Origin: Podarcis erhardii
Taxonomy: Eukaryota
DNA: 64,000 nucleotides
NCBI GenBank assembly: GCA_964252035.1
Contig: OZ176209.1
Direction: 5' to 3' (one strand)
Shown: positions 26,881 through 38,519 of the stretch, one piece after another
Layout: the number at the start of each line of letters is the position of its first letter
How positions within the stretch are numbered: position 1 is the stretch's first letter
The notes under the pieces: generated by a model
Database searches by the model: none
What the model was told of the DNA's origin: nothing
Seen by the model: only the letters and a program-made list of their open reading frames with translations
Translations under genes and position numbers: made by a program

Positions 26881-28250
26881 GAAAACAATATTAAAACAAT
26901 CAAAATGGAGTACTTACTTTGATTTTAATTGGTACTGACAGAAATTGTTAACACCGGAAGTTCAGCAGATGGCATTTTATTTGATGACATCCTACCAAAA
27001 TTAGTGGACTTAAGTAATGCCCATCTTATTTACCTTACTGTAGTATTCATTTGTGAGATGCACCATAACTGAAAAAACTGTCCCAAGAGACCTGGCAGGC
27101 TGACAACTGCACAAAAAGGAAATGTGGGGATGACCATCAACTGCACATGTACAGCAAGAAATAAACATATCTGCATTGACTTAGGCAGAGAGGTTTTTTG
27201 GTAGTCTTTTTGTCATACCAGGAACTGCCAGTCATACCAGTCAGTCCTCCAAAATGGTGCTTTCTGTTTCCAGTTCAGGTGCTGGTTCCAAGGATTGAGT
27301 TGTCATCTGGTTGGCCTCTATGAAAACAGAATGCTGAACTTGATATGCCTTGTGGTCTCATCCAGCAGGAGTCCTATTATGTTTTTATGCATCCACTTCT
27401 CCCCCTCGGAGCCACAACAGTTTTATTTCGTTAAATAGTTGTTCCTAGAAATATCCACCAGATGATGCTATAACATAAAAAAATGACATGAATACAAATA
27501 AATCATTTTGTTTTGGCCTCTAAAATTTCATCTCAAAATGGAATATTCACTTAATTTTATTGGTAATCAATGTGGAAGCTTTTTTTTTTAATGCTTAGTT
27601 ATTCAATTCACATCACTATGAAACTGAGTATATTCATTTCTACAAAGAACTGCTGCCCTGAGTGATTAGAGTTCCCTAAAATATGAGGTACAATGTCATA
27701 AGAACATAACTGCTGTGTACATACCATACCTTTAAAACACATTTAAACCAGATTTTCCAAAGAATCATGGGACCTGTAGAGTGCTCAGAAAAGTAGTTCT
27801 GTGAGGGGTAAAGTTCTCATAGTTATGTGCAGTGATGCTATGCCGTGCCTTTGAAGTGCACAAAACTCTATTTAGATACATTTTTCTGTTTTCTTTTGCT
27901 CATCTTTCATTCTGGCCCATGGTTTTGATGGGTACGAATATTTATGACAAGGTGAAATTTAGTCATTGACTCACAGGACTCACTCAAGCATAGCTGAACC
28001 ACGTCTGGACAAAAGAGAACAAATTGGACTTTCCTGGGCACAGTAAGCATAGCTTTCTGTAGGGAAATAGTTCAGATGAGCTTTACTGCCTGGTGTGTCG
28101 TCACTTATACTGGTCCTCAGAATGGCCCACGGAAGATGTTGATTAAATCCCGTTATCTGCAAAATGATTTGTCATGGCTAAAATAAATCAGTTGCATTTC
28201 CCATCTCTGCTCATTTAGAAATGGAGATATGTTCTTCAAAGTTTGAGAAA

Positions 28251-28400
28251 GGGCCATAACTCAGTGGTAGAGTATTCACTTTGCTTGCCAAAGATCAATC
28301 CCTGGCACCTCCAGATAGGGCTGTGCGAAAACCCTGCCTGAAACCCTGAAATGCCTTGCCAGTCAGTGTAGACAATATTGAGCTAGATGAACCAAACACA
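28251..28400 (+). mobile_element. tRNA-derived SINE with CR1-like tail (Squam2-like), degraded
   Basis: gggccataactcagtggtagag head, then ccctggcacctccag...gccagtcagtgtagacaatattgagctagatg. Confidence 0.7.
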
Positions 28401-29025
28401 TGGAAGTTTCCTAAGTTCCCACCCTTGGCATTTCCTGGTAGAGCTGGGAATATCCCTGTTCGGATCGCTGGAGAACCGTTGTCAATCAGTGTTGTCAATG
28501 ATGGAGATAGATGGTCTAACTCAGTTCTGACCCAAAGTCTTGGGATCTTCAGAAGTTAGGTAAGAAATTCATTCTCATGAGACCTTGCTCTGCACTTAGC
28601 CTATTTTATCTTACCTCAAGGGGTCATAATTTATTTTATCATGCAGTGGGAGTCCCACACTGCATCAATCCTTAGGAGAACAGCATCTTCCATAGTTCCT
28701 GGGCTTTGTACCCTGATGCACTTTGCCTAACCCATCACAATAAGGGAGCAAATGGGATGGAAAGAGGAAATCTTTCTCACCTCTCTGTTCTCCATCTTCT
28801 ATTGTGGCTCCTTCTACTTGCAAAATAAGCCAATGGAAGGGGAGAGCATGTGGGGAGGGGGGCAGAAGAAAGCTTTTCCAGGTAATTCCAGCTAGTGGGG
28901 ACTTGTGGGTGGAAACCTGGAATTCATCTCCAGTTTTAATTTTAATTATAGCTGAAGAAGAATTTTAGAGCTTGTGAAATTCACTTTTCCTTGAGGTGGG
29001 CTTTTATGATCTCCCAGCTAACCAG

Positions 29026-29095
29026 TCCTTCCTGATTGGACCCCAGTTCTGATTGAAAGTATATCCAATCAGACCGGGAGTCTAATCAGGAAGGA
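29026..29095. other. 70-nt imperfect hairpin (30-bp arms, 10-nt loop)
   Basis: On the + strand RNA: 26 Watson-Crick pairs, 1 G-U pair and 3 mismatches; loop aaagtatatc. Confidence 0.8.
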
Positions 29096-29149
29096 ATCTT
29101 TAGCCCATAGGGGAAAGGACTGAAAATCTAGTGGCTAGCCAAACATATA

Positions 29150-29320
29150 CAGTGGTACCTCAGGTTAAGCACCACTTTAGCTAATGGGGCCTCCTGCTGC
29201 CGCCACGCCGCCAGAGCATGATTTCTGTTCTCATCCTGAAGCAAAGTTCTTAACCCGAGGTACTATTTCTGGGTTAGCAGAGTCTGTAACCTGAAGTGTA
29301 TGTAACCCAAGGTACCACTG
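29150..29320. mobile_element. Tigger-like MITE, internally deleted copy in opposite orientation
   Basis: TA-CAGTGGTACCTCAGGTTA ... TAACCCAAGGTACCACTG-TA; shares internal sequence with 2024-2265. Confidence 0.9.
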
Positions 29321-30429
29321 TACGTATAGGCAACCCAGGTTTTCAGAATGCATGCCAGCTTTGACATAAACACTCTTAAGTGTTGAGTTTTTATTTAGAG
29401 TTAGACTGAGAGAAGAAGTAAGAACAATTCACACACCCCACATTACTCTGGTCGAAAGTGGAAAATTCCTCTAAAGTAGTCACAGAACATTTAAAACTGA
29501 GTGACATTTAAATGATAGAATTTGGGTCTTCTGTTATCAAGTGGCAGACGCCAATTCACAAAGGAAATGAAATAAGCTCACCTACCCTGTAACACACTGT
29601 TTATAATAGCTTTTTTAGGGCTTTGTAATAAAGTTGTGGTTGATTTAAATTCCATAGCATTGCATCTTCAGTCTGTCTTCCTCTCAGCTCTGTTCTGCAA
29701 ATGATGCATCTCATGGCAAAAGTTGACTTGGTAACATTTTCACCTCCCTCTCTCATTCTATTATAATTCAGAGAGAATGGTGGATAGTAGGTTCAGGACA
29801 GGCAAAAGTAAGTGACTCTTCACACACTATTATTAACTTACAAAATTCATTAGTACAAGATGTGATGATATTCACCAACTTGGATAGCTTTTAAGAGGAT
29901 TAGAGATCCATAGAGGATGGGTCTGTGAGGTTACTCACTGCTTTCTGTTCAGTGTAAGGGTTTGGTTTGAGCTTCAACATGTGCTCACAGAACTGTAAAG
30001 TCCTCTATCATTTACTGAGGGTGGGAAACTAATAGAACTACAGCAAAAGATACTGAGGCATAGTAGAACTCTGACCAGAGGGAGTAAATTTCCCTATGAA
30101 AATCTGAAGAGTGAAAGTGCAGTGTTAAATTGTTGCCTGCTGAGATGTAAATTTATTCTAAGCAAGCAGCTTAGAGGCAAGCCAGGGAGTTGTTTTGATT
30201 TTGGGTGCATACAACACCATACATTTAAAACTATTTAAAGCACACAACCTCCCCCCCCCCAAAAAAAAAGAATTCCAGGAACATTAATTTCTTAAGTGTC
30301 CTAGGAATTGTAGCTTGCAAGAGTCATTGGGGGATAAGGTGTTTTAAACATACTGTAGGCTGCATAGAACAGTACTTTTGTCTTGTCAGGATTCAACCTC
30401 AATCCATTAGTCACCATCCATCCTCCAAC

Positions 30430-31232
30430 TGCCTCTAGGTACTCACACAGGACTTTACTGCCTTCACTGGTTCCGATTTAAAAGATAGGTAGAGCTGGGT
30501 ATCATCCGCATATTGGTGGACACTCAGCCCAAACTCCCTGATGATGTCTCCCAGTGGCTTCATGTAGATGTTAAAAATCATGAGGGAGAGGACGGAACCC
30601 TGAGGCACCACACAAGTGAGGGCCCAGGGGTCTGAACACTCATCCTCCACCACCACTTTCTGGCCATGACCCAGGAGGAAGGAGCAGAACCACTGTATAA
30701 CAGTGCCCCCAGCTCCCAGCTCCTCTAGACGGTCCAGAAGGATGTTATGGTTGATTGTATCAAAAGCCGCTGAGAGATCCAGCAAAACTAGGAAATAGCT
30801 CTCACTTTTGTCCCTAGCCAGCCGGAGATCATCAGTCCCATGATGAGGCCTGAATTGGAAGGGATCCAAATGGTCCACATCCTCCAGGCATGCCTGGAGT
30901 TGTTCCGCAACCACCCACTCAATCACCTTGCCCAAGAAGCAGTTTAATGACCGTCTCTTTCAGCAGGTCTGGGAACACTCCCTCACAGTGGGAAGCATTC
31001 ACCACCCCGCAGGGCCCATCGCCCAGTTCTTCCTGGCTTGTTTTATTAGCCAGGATGGGCAAGGATCAAGGAGACAGTTGGTTTCATGCGTCCAAGCAGC
31101 CTGTCCACATCCTCGGGGGTAACGGATTGAAATTGATTCCATGCAACTCGACTAGACAGGGCTCTAGCACTCTCCCGTCCCGGCCCTGCTCCCACGGTGG
31201 TGTCTACCTCCTTCCAAATCTGAGGGACTTTA
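30430..31232 (-). mobile_element. L2-clade LINE reverse transcriptase fragment with frameshifts
   Basis: LVLLDLSAAFDTINHNILLDRL, VPQGSVLS and HQYADDTQLYLSF are RT motifs of L2 type. Confidence 0.88.
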
Positions 31233-31264
31233 TCTGCAAAAAAAAAAATAAAAAATTGCAAAAT

Positions 31265-31500
31265 TGTTGCAGGAGATCTTGGGATCTTTACAATGCCCCA
31301 ATGGTAAAGGTGGTTCTGTTAAATTTACCCTGATGTGCCCCAGTTCCCCCAGCTGGGGGACTGGGGGGGATACATGCCCACAGCCTAAGCCAAGGTCTTC
31401 CTACATTCGGAAGTTTAATAAAGTTGTGGCCTAATTTTAATTCCATAACACGTCAGAGTGTTTATTCCTTTCTTATGATCCCTGGGGGCTGGGGCTGTCA
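31265..31500 (+). mobile_element. Possible LTR-like remnant
   Basis: TG...CA ends and AATAAAGTTGTGGCC (similar motif near 29627); no TSD found. Confidence 0.3.
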
Positions 31501-33896
31501 TGGCCTGGTCACGCAATATCAAACTAAAATCTTGGTTTTATTGGTGGAAGTCATTAAGATGTCATGTACCTTCTATTTCGTATTTTATATGCCTGCTCAA
31601 AACTCTTCTATTCTCCCATGCCTCAGCAGGTAACTAAAAATACATATTTCCACGATAGTAAATTGCTTTCTTATCTTAACCTTTTATATTGTTGTATAGT
31701 GTGGTTTTATGTATTATTTTTGATTATTTGATATTTATTTATGAAATAATGGCATATGCTTTTTTGTAAATAAAATAAATATTGCAGTGTCTCTTGACAA
31801 TCCTAATCTTAAAGCTCCTATGCTTATGATATCCTACCAGCATGAAATAAGAAAGGAACTCACAGACCAATTGTGAAGGCTTTGGTAGCATTGTGATATT
31901 ACATCTTCCTTCTTTCCAGTCCAATTCCCAATGGACTTCATTTTATCTCTCACTTTCAGTGGGCATGCATCCATTCACTCTTGTATCCATCATCATTTCT
32001 ACTTGCTGCTTCCCTGTGCCACTGGGATTTCCTTTACATTCCTTTACGTTATCTACCATTTGTTTTCTGCCTAGATTGTTTCACTGGCTTTCCAACTTCT
32101 TTGGAACCTTCAGAACCTGCACTAATAAGGGCTAGTGATGGGGTAAATTTGTAGGGAGGGTATTCAAAATACAAAGACCTGCAGTTCAAAAAGTCTTATC
32201 ATATTTTGAGCTGGGAAGGGCTCATGGAAGGAGTGAGAACCTGTGACCTTCCAGATGGTGGTGAGCTCCAGCTCTCATCAGCCCCAGTCAACATGGCCAG
32301 TTAAGATGGGAGTGGTAGTCTAGCAAGACCATTGATTCCCCATCTCTGATTCATAGCTTGGTGAAAATAATGTGTTTTTCAAGAAGAAATTCCCAGGTTC
32401 CAGTGCTGGTATCTCCACTTGAAAGGCAGCAGATGGTGAGAGGAACTACAGCCTGAGAACATGCAGAGCTGTTATCAGTCCGATACTGATGCTTTGACTG
32501 ATCAGTGTGGTATTAAAAGTGCTTACACTATCTTGGCATATGGTCTGGGGATAGTTCTGCTTTCAGGAATTCTAAGTATAATCCAATTTTAGTGAATGTA
32601 TGAGTCTCATTAGGTTTTTGAAAACATTTTAGCACCTTTATATTAAAAAAAAATACATTATCAGTATGAAATTTGTATTCTATACCCTCTGTGAGGGTAG
32701 GTTAAGCTGAAAGATAGCAACTGGCTTGACGATACCTAATGAGCTTAAAGTCTGAGTAAGGATTTGCCCTTGAGTTCCCCCACATCAGTGAACCTTTATA
32801 CTCTTCCCACTTTGCAGGAAGTTTCACATCCAGTTTCACTCTTCTTTCACTTCATGAAGTGAATATTCACTTCATGCCTGATGAAGAGTTCTCTATAACT
32901 TAAAATCATATCCTATCATATCCTAGCCATACGAGTTCAGTAAAATGGAGCACCTGAAGCACTTTATAACCTATCCTATCAATTTCCATATCAAAGCAAT
33001 CAGTGTAGCTTTCAGTTAAGAAATCAAGCCCAGCCCCATACTTTTTGCTCTCCAAACCAGTTGACAATATTTCATTTCCAAACTGTGTCCATTGGGTTCT
33101 AGTGCATAGGAGATAGTGATCCTAAGACAGTTAAGTGCTCCTTATAAATTCACAGTACAATCCAAGGCATGTCATTGCAGAAGTAAGTCACACTGAGTTC
33201 AATGGCACTTACTCCAAAGTGTGGCTGGGGAAGAAAATTCAGTTCTAATTGAAAGCCAAATCTATCAGAGTCCACACTTTCTGAAACAATATGAGAACAA
33301 AAGCACAGCTATCCTTTGAAATGTGCGTGTATCTGAATTATGCGATGCAGTTCTCTGACCAAATAATATTTCTCTAAGGTATATATTAGGGGAAAGTGTG
33401 CCTAAAGATGAGGCTATTTGTGAAAATATTGTACAAAATGCATTATATTAGGATAAATTACTTACAACACTGTGTACGTTAGTTAGAACTGCATACATAC
33501 ATTTCTGTGTTAGGAGACATTCATACAAAAAATGCTGATAAAATTTCATGAGGATTTTTTTAGAGACAGAAAATGGAAATTGGTGCAGAAATGTGGAGAA
33601 CTGAATTTTAGATTGGGGGAGAAATGGATAGAACTGAAATTGACAGCTATTTCTGTCTCTGCCCCCAAGAAAATGAGTAAAGGATTGGCGCTTTAATTGT
33701 GTCATAAAGACTCCAATCCTTTGCATCCAGCCCCAATGGATAGAATGGGATTTACTTCTGAACATAGGATTGTGCTGTCAATCCCCCTGATTTGTCTGGG
33801 GTTTAAGGTGTATATAATTTCTATGGGCTTTGTCCTTCATTTTCTGAATCAGTTTGAGCTAGAATGGACGATAAAAATGCATTTGGGTGTTATGAA

Positions 33897-33902
33897 TTTA
33901 TT
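33897..33902 (-). terminator. NTS distal poly(A) signal AATAAA
   Basis: tttatt on the + strand, about 440 nt downstream of the stop codon. Mammalian NTS uses two poly(A) sites. Confidence 0.55.
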
Positions 33903-34149
33903 AATAAGCATTCTATAGTAACTGATGGAATAACTCATCATCATGAATGTCAAAATGTTTTATATTGCAATTTACTTGTGTAATAACTATGGATAATTCA
34001 ACATGGCTTGAATTATGAAATATACTTGAAAGGCTTTATACAACTATGCTCTTCTACTTGCTGAAAGGATTGCGTATCACAGAGTAAACAATGTTGCCAA
34101 CTCTTCAAAATTCTCAGTGGTGTACAATGCATAATGCTTAGAAACTAGA

Positions 34150-34155
34150 TTTATT
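34150..34155 (-). terminator. NTS proximal poly(A) signal AATAAA
   Basis: tttatt on the + strand, about 185 nt downstream of the NTS stop codon. Confidence 0.6.
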
Positions 34156-34340
34156 TTCAAATGTATTATTCCAATGAATTTTAAGTAGGAAAAAATCACA
34201 ACCAAGAAACAACAGTGGCAAGAAAGACACAGTCACTTTCCATAATCTATTTTCCACACAAATAAGATTTAAGGTTGAAATAAGGTAACCATAAAGCACA
34301 GTTACTTAGAAACTAAATAAACACTACTTTAACTGCTGAG

Positions 34341-34487
34341 TCAGTAATATGAACTCCTCTTCAGTATGTATGGTCGTCGGGCTTTGTTGACGTGCAGTTG
34401 CCGTTTCAGAATGTAAGGAGTTTTCCTCTTCATCAGATCTTTATCTTGGCTTGCATTTTCAGGGTCATAAACATCTTGCTGAAGTAA
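34341..34487 (-). CDS. NTS: NTS exon 4 coding part: neuromedin N-like peptide and neurotensin
   Basis: Acceptor ccaacag|TTA. Translates LLQQDVYDPENASQDKDLM-KR-KTPYIL-KR-QLHVNKARRPYIL-KR-SSYY*, stop TGA at 34343-34341. Dibasic sites flank both peptides. Too short to appear in the ORF track. Confidence 0.98.
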   Translation of the reverse strand, partial: LLQQDVYDPENASQDKDLMKRKTPYILKRQLHVNKARRPYILKRSSYY

Positions 34488-34562
34488 CTGTTGGTAATAA
34501 CAAGATAATATGGAATCATTGTTTTCCTATGGATTTTTGGTGAGAGGAGCACATCTGAATCA

Positions 34563-34610
<48 letters not shown>

Positions 34611-34648
34611 ATCTATCATCTATCATCTATCTATCATCTATCATCTAT
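34563..34648. repeat. (TCTA)n tetranucleotide repeat with variant units, NTS intron 3
   Basis: Direct reading. Confidence 0.95.
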
Positions 34649-35369
34649 GCTGTCTAAAGTTAATACCGTGTAATATGAGCTAATCAATTACTATAGAATT
34701 GTCAACATGAGTGAACAATTACACCAGCTTTCCCCAACAACTCCCATTACCCAATAGGGATCCCCCCCCAACTCCAACTGGAGAAATCATTTGAAATATT
34801 TAAGAAAATATTTTAGTTTCCTGTTAATTGTGTTGTTTCGAATGTATAATTTATATCTGCCTTACTTCCAATATTTGAATGTTTTATTCTGGATTGTTTT
34901 ATTTGATGTTTTAATGTCTTGTAAACTGCTTTGAGATTCCCTCCCCCCTTAAAAATAGAAAGCTGTATAGAAGTGAAATGAATAATAATAAAATAATACC
35001 CTTCGTGTCCCAAGGATCAGAAAAGTATTGCATGCAGAAATAAAGACTGACCGGATGTTACCTGCGCTCCCTCTCCTTTTGAACTCTTTCCATCTATTTC
35101 TAGATGTATGGGAACTAGTTGGAGATTTGCAGTAGTCAAGGAGATGGGACTTTGTACTTTTTTAATGCCTTGTCTTTTAAAGTATTACTTAGCATACTGT
35201 GCTTCAGAAGTCAGACTCTGAGGTTTAAGGGCAAGACTGGGTCCAATACAATTTCCTTCATCATTTAGGAATAAATCTATGACATTCCTAATCAAGGAAT
35301 AAAAATACCAGCCTGAAGACCTGTTAAACTATGGGCGGTCTTCATTCAATACCTTGCTAACTGGAAAAG

Positions 35370-35850
35370 AATAATAATACCTTTATTGTCATTGTACAGC
35401 CTGTGTGCAATGAAATTAAATGAGCCTCCCTCCCCACCCCCAAGCACTCAATCTCTTATCAAACAACACACCACCTCACAAGTCAATTTCACTATGTTAT
35501 TTTTCGTTCAACAGCCTAACAGTCCACAGATAGAAGCTATTTTTTAGCCTGTTGGTACAGCTGATTATACTTCTATATCTCCTGCCCAAGGGTAGAAGAT
35601 TAAAGAGATGATGGCTGGGGTGTGAGTCATCCCTGAGAATTTTTCTCACTCTCCTAAGGCAACAATCCCTTGCAATGTCATCTAGCGAACTCAGGGGACA
35701 GCCCATGATATCATGTGCTTTATTCACCACCCTCTGTAGAGACTTTCTGTCTGTGGCTGTCAGGCCAGCATACCACACTGTGATACAATATGAAAGGACA
35801 CTTTCTATTGTGGACCGGTAAAAGGAGTTCATCAGTTGTTGTTTAACATT
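35370..35850 (-). mobile_element. Rex1/Babar-like LINE 3' end in NTS intron 3, sense to NTS
   Basis: Open frame FYRSTIESVLSYCITVWY...DRKSLQRVV...SHPSHHLFNLLPLGRRYRSI...NRLKNSFY...VRLLN; 3' end gtacaatgacAATAAAggtattattatt. Confidence 0.8.
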
Positions 35851-35960
35851 AAAAACTACACAAATAAGTTCATCTGTGCACTCTATGAATAAAAATGGTT
35901 TTTCATAGTAATATGATCAAAGTAAAGCAAAACTTGGGTTCCCAGCATGATTTGACTTAC

Positions 35961-36188
35961 CTCCCAGTGCTGAAAGGTTCTGCTGTGGCAGACTTTCTGA
36001 AGCTGGTACAACGTCAACAACGCTTCCAAACTAGAGCCATCAAGAGTAGAGGGAAACTGTCTTCTTGACAGGAGGTCTTCTTCTTCAACATCACCACCCA
36101 CATCCTCTTCCTGGTTGTTTATGTTGCTGATGAGGTCACAGATATTTAGAAGGGTCATTTTCCACTGAGGAGGCTTCGCCTTGTTTAT
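35961..36188 (-). CDS. NTS: NTS exon 3, 228 nt
   Basis: Acceptor ctttcag|ATA, donor GAG|gtaagt. Translates INKAKPPQWKMTLLNICDLISNINNQEEDVGGDVEEEDLLSRRQFPSTLDGSSLEALLTLYQLQKVCHSRTFQHWE, with both conserved cysteines. Confidence 0.97.
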
Positions 36189-38519
36189 CTGAAAGATCAA
36201 AAGGCACAGCGTGTCAGATGTTCTTGCCTGCTATCAGTAGATAGTGCCACTTGAATAACAGAATAAGGTTTTTGAATGTGCTCTCAGGCTTCCATATAGC
36301 TGTTGTTCCTGTATGCTAAGAAGTGCTTCATATGTCACAGAAGGCTGAAGGCTTAACTGTGAGGATTAGGTTTTGCCTGCTATTCTGTTCTGCCATCCAC
36401 CCTGCCCATATAGCACAGATTCAGCAGCTGTCATTCAGGCTGCAAGCTGACACAAGGTTAGAGATACTTCTCAGCATATCAGAATTTCATTTCCCTTGAT
36501 TCTGAGAGTCACTCACAAAGCTCTAGATCCTGGCAGCTTGTTAAGCTCACCATCTGGGCCAAAATGATGGCATGCTAGTGATAGCATACATTTTGTGTGA
36601 TTAAAAAAAGTTATAGGGTTCATCTTCCCAACCCAGTCATGGGCAGTTAATCAAATATATACCTCCTAGGGCTGTCCACTCCCAATTGTCATTGCCCAGT
36701 CTTTGAGTGATCTGAGCTTATGGTTGTATTCAATGCCAGTCATACTCAGAGTCAATCTATTGAAATGAATGGATATAGATTTTCATAGGTGTAATTTGAG
36801 TAGAAATGAAATGGTTACAATCAAGTGTCCTTAACTTTTAATCATATCTTGAATATCTACATTTCTGCTGATGCTTCTTAAAAATGTTAACTGGATCCTG
36901 ATAGCTCTAAGGTTGGTTTAGACATTATTTACAAGTCTTTGTGCTTTGTAAATAGAGATGAATCCCTTAAGTAACTCAAGTAAACTTTGACTGTTTTAAT
37001 ACTGGATGCATTTTATCTGGAGAACTTCTAAGTTCCATCACTTGCCATCCTATACAGTTACAGATGGGCCACCTCCCCCGCTTTGAGCATGACATTTTGA
37101 TTACGGATCACCAGTTTTTCTGTTTTAGTCAGTCTCACCTTCACTGCTTACCTAAACAATGTTCCTTGCATTTAAGAATGCACATGAGGAAAGTGTGTTA
37201 ACATCAAAACACTTCACTTTTACTACACTGGGAAGGTTTTTTGTCAGCTCATTAACACTTTGTAACTAATTTTGTTAATTAGTTTGGAAAAAAGATACAA
37301 TTCTCTCTCTAGAGCACTTTCATTCTATCGAGCAATTTTCCACCATGTATGTACAGAAACTGAATTGTTGGCTCCAAATGCAAAACATTTCCCCAGACTT
37401 CTGCTATTTTGCCAGTTAAAATAAACCTTGTTACATCTGTGCTGTTGGATAAGTGACAATTCAAGAGAGCCTTAAGAGATTTTTCAAAGTGGAAAGCTTA
37501 CTTCTAACATTCAGAATTTCTTTTCTTTGTACATATAAATTAGGGATGGTGTATATGTGGCCCTCTGGATGCTGCTAAGCTCCCATTATCCCTGACCTTG
37601 GGCCATGGTGGCCAGGACTGATGGGAGTTGGAATCCAACAACCTCTGGAGGACCACAGGTTTCCCATACCTTCATTTGTCCCTTCATTTGTAGGACGAAA
37701 GATTGAAATTTGCTAGTAGACATAAATAAGTGTGTTTTCTATATAGTATCACAAAAAGCTTGTGTTTATTTAATCTATTATTTTGTCATAACAATATCCA
37801 CAGTTTCATGGAAAACTGTAATACATTATGTGATTAAATCCACATATTCAGGATTCTTTCTAAGATCCGGTAGTACCTCTTTTAAGACAACAATCCCCTG
37901 TAAAATGATCCATGGCTTCTGACAGCCTGACTGCACCCACTCTGTGATCTACACATCCTACAAACTGAGCCTTTTCATCCCACCAATATTAAATTTATCA
38001 AAGTTTTGTTTTGAAATTGCAGTCAAGACCTTCCTGAATTTTTTTTACCCATGAAGTGACAATTTTAATTAATTAAGAAAGACATTTTGAAGCAAGGTTA
38101 CTTTGGAACTGAACCTGTCCAAGCCTTGCAGGATCGTTTGACAACTTAATTACCGGGATGCAATAACAGATGGGTCCAGGAAGCAAAACAAAAAAGTGGC
38201 AAAGCCCGGTCTTCTGAAAGATTGTTTAGGATTTCATCTGAATGATATTTTTTTTATTAACCATGAACATAAACAATTATTAAGGTACTCATAGACATCT
38301 CTGTTTTGCAGGGGTTTTGTATCCAGTGCTTGTCCCATGCAGAATTGAAGTTATTGGATATGATGATAATGGATTCATTACTTTCAGTGGGCTTACTCTA
38401 TGTGCTTAGCTGGATACAACCCTGAATGCTCAGGTAAACATTCTTAAGGCAACAGCTGCTGACTTTGATGATCCAAAGCAAGGAAGGGTAACCAAAATGG
38501 TAACCAAAGGGGACTGAGT

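Noticed and set aside
28251-28320. tRNA gene
   Set aside because: The tRNA-like head continues into SINE body sequence and cannot form a complete cloverleaf.
29096-29125. CCCATAGGG motif reminiscent of mammalian miR-3059, which I recall lies within MGAT4C
   Set aside because: Only 9 nt match, and the surrounding sequence does not form the corresponding hairpin.
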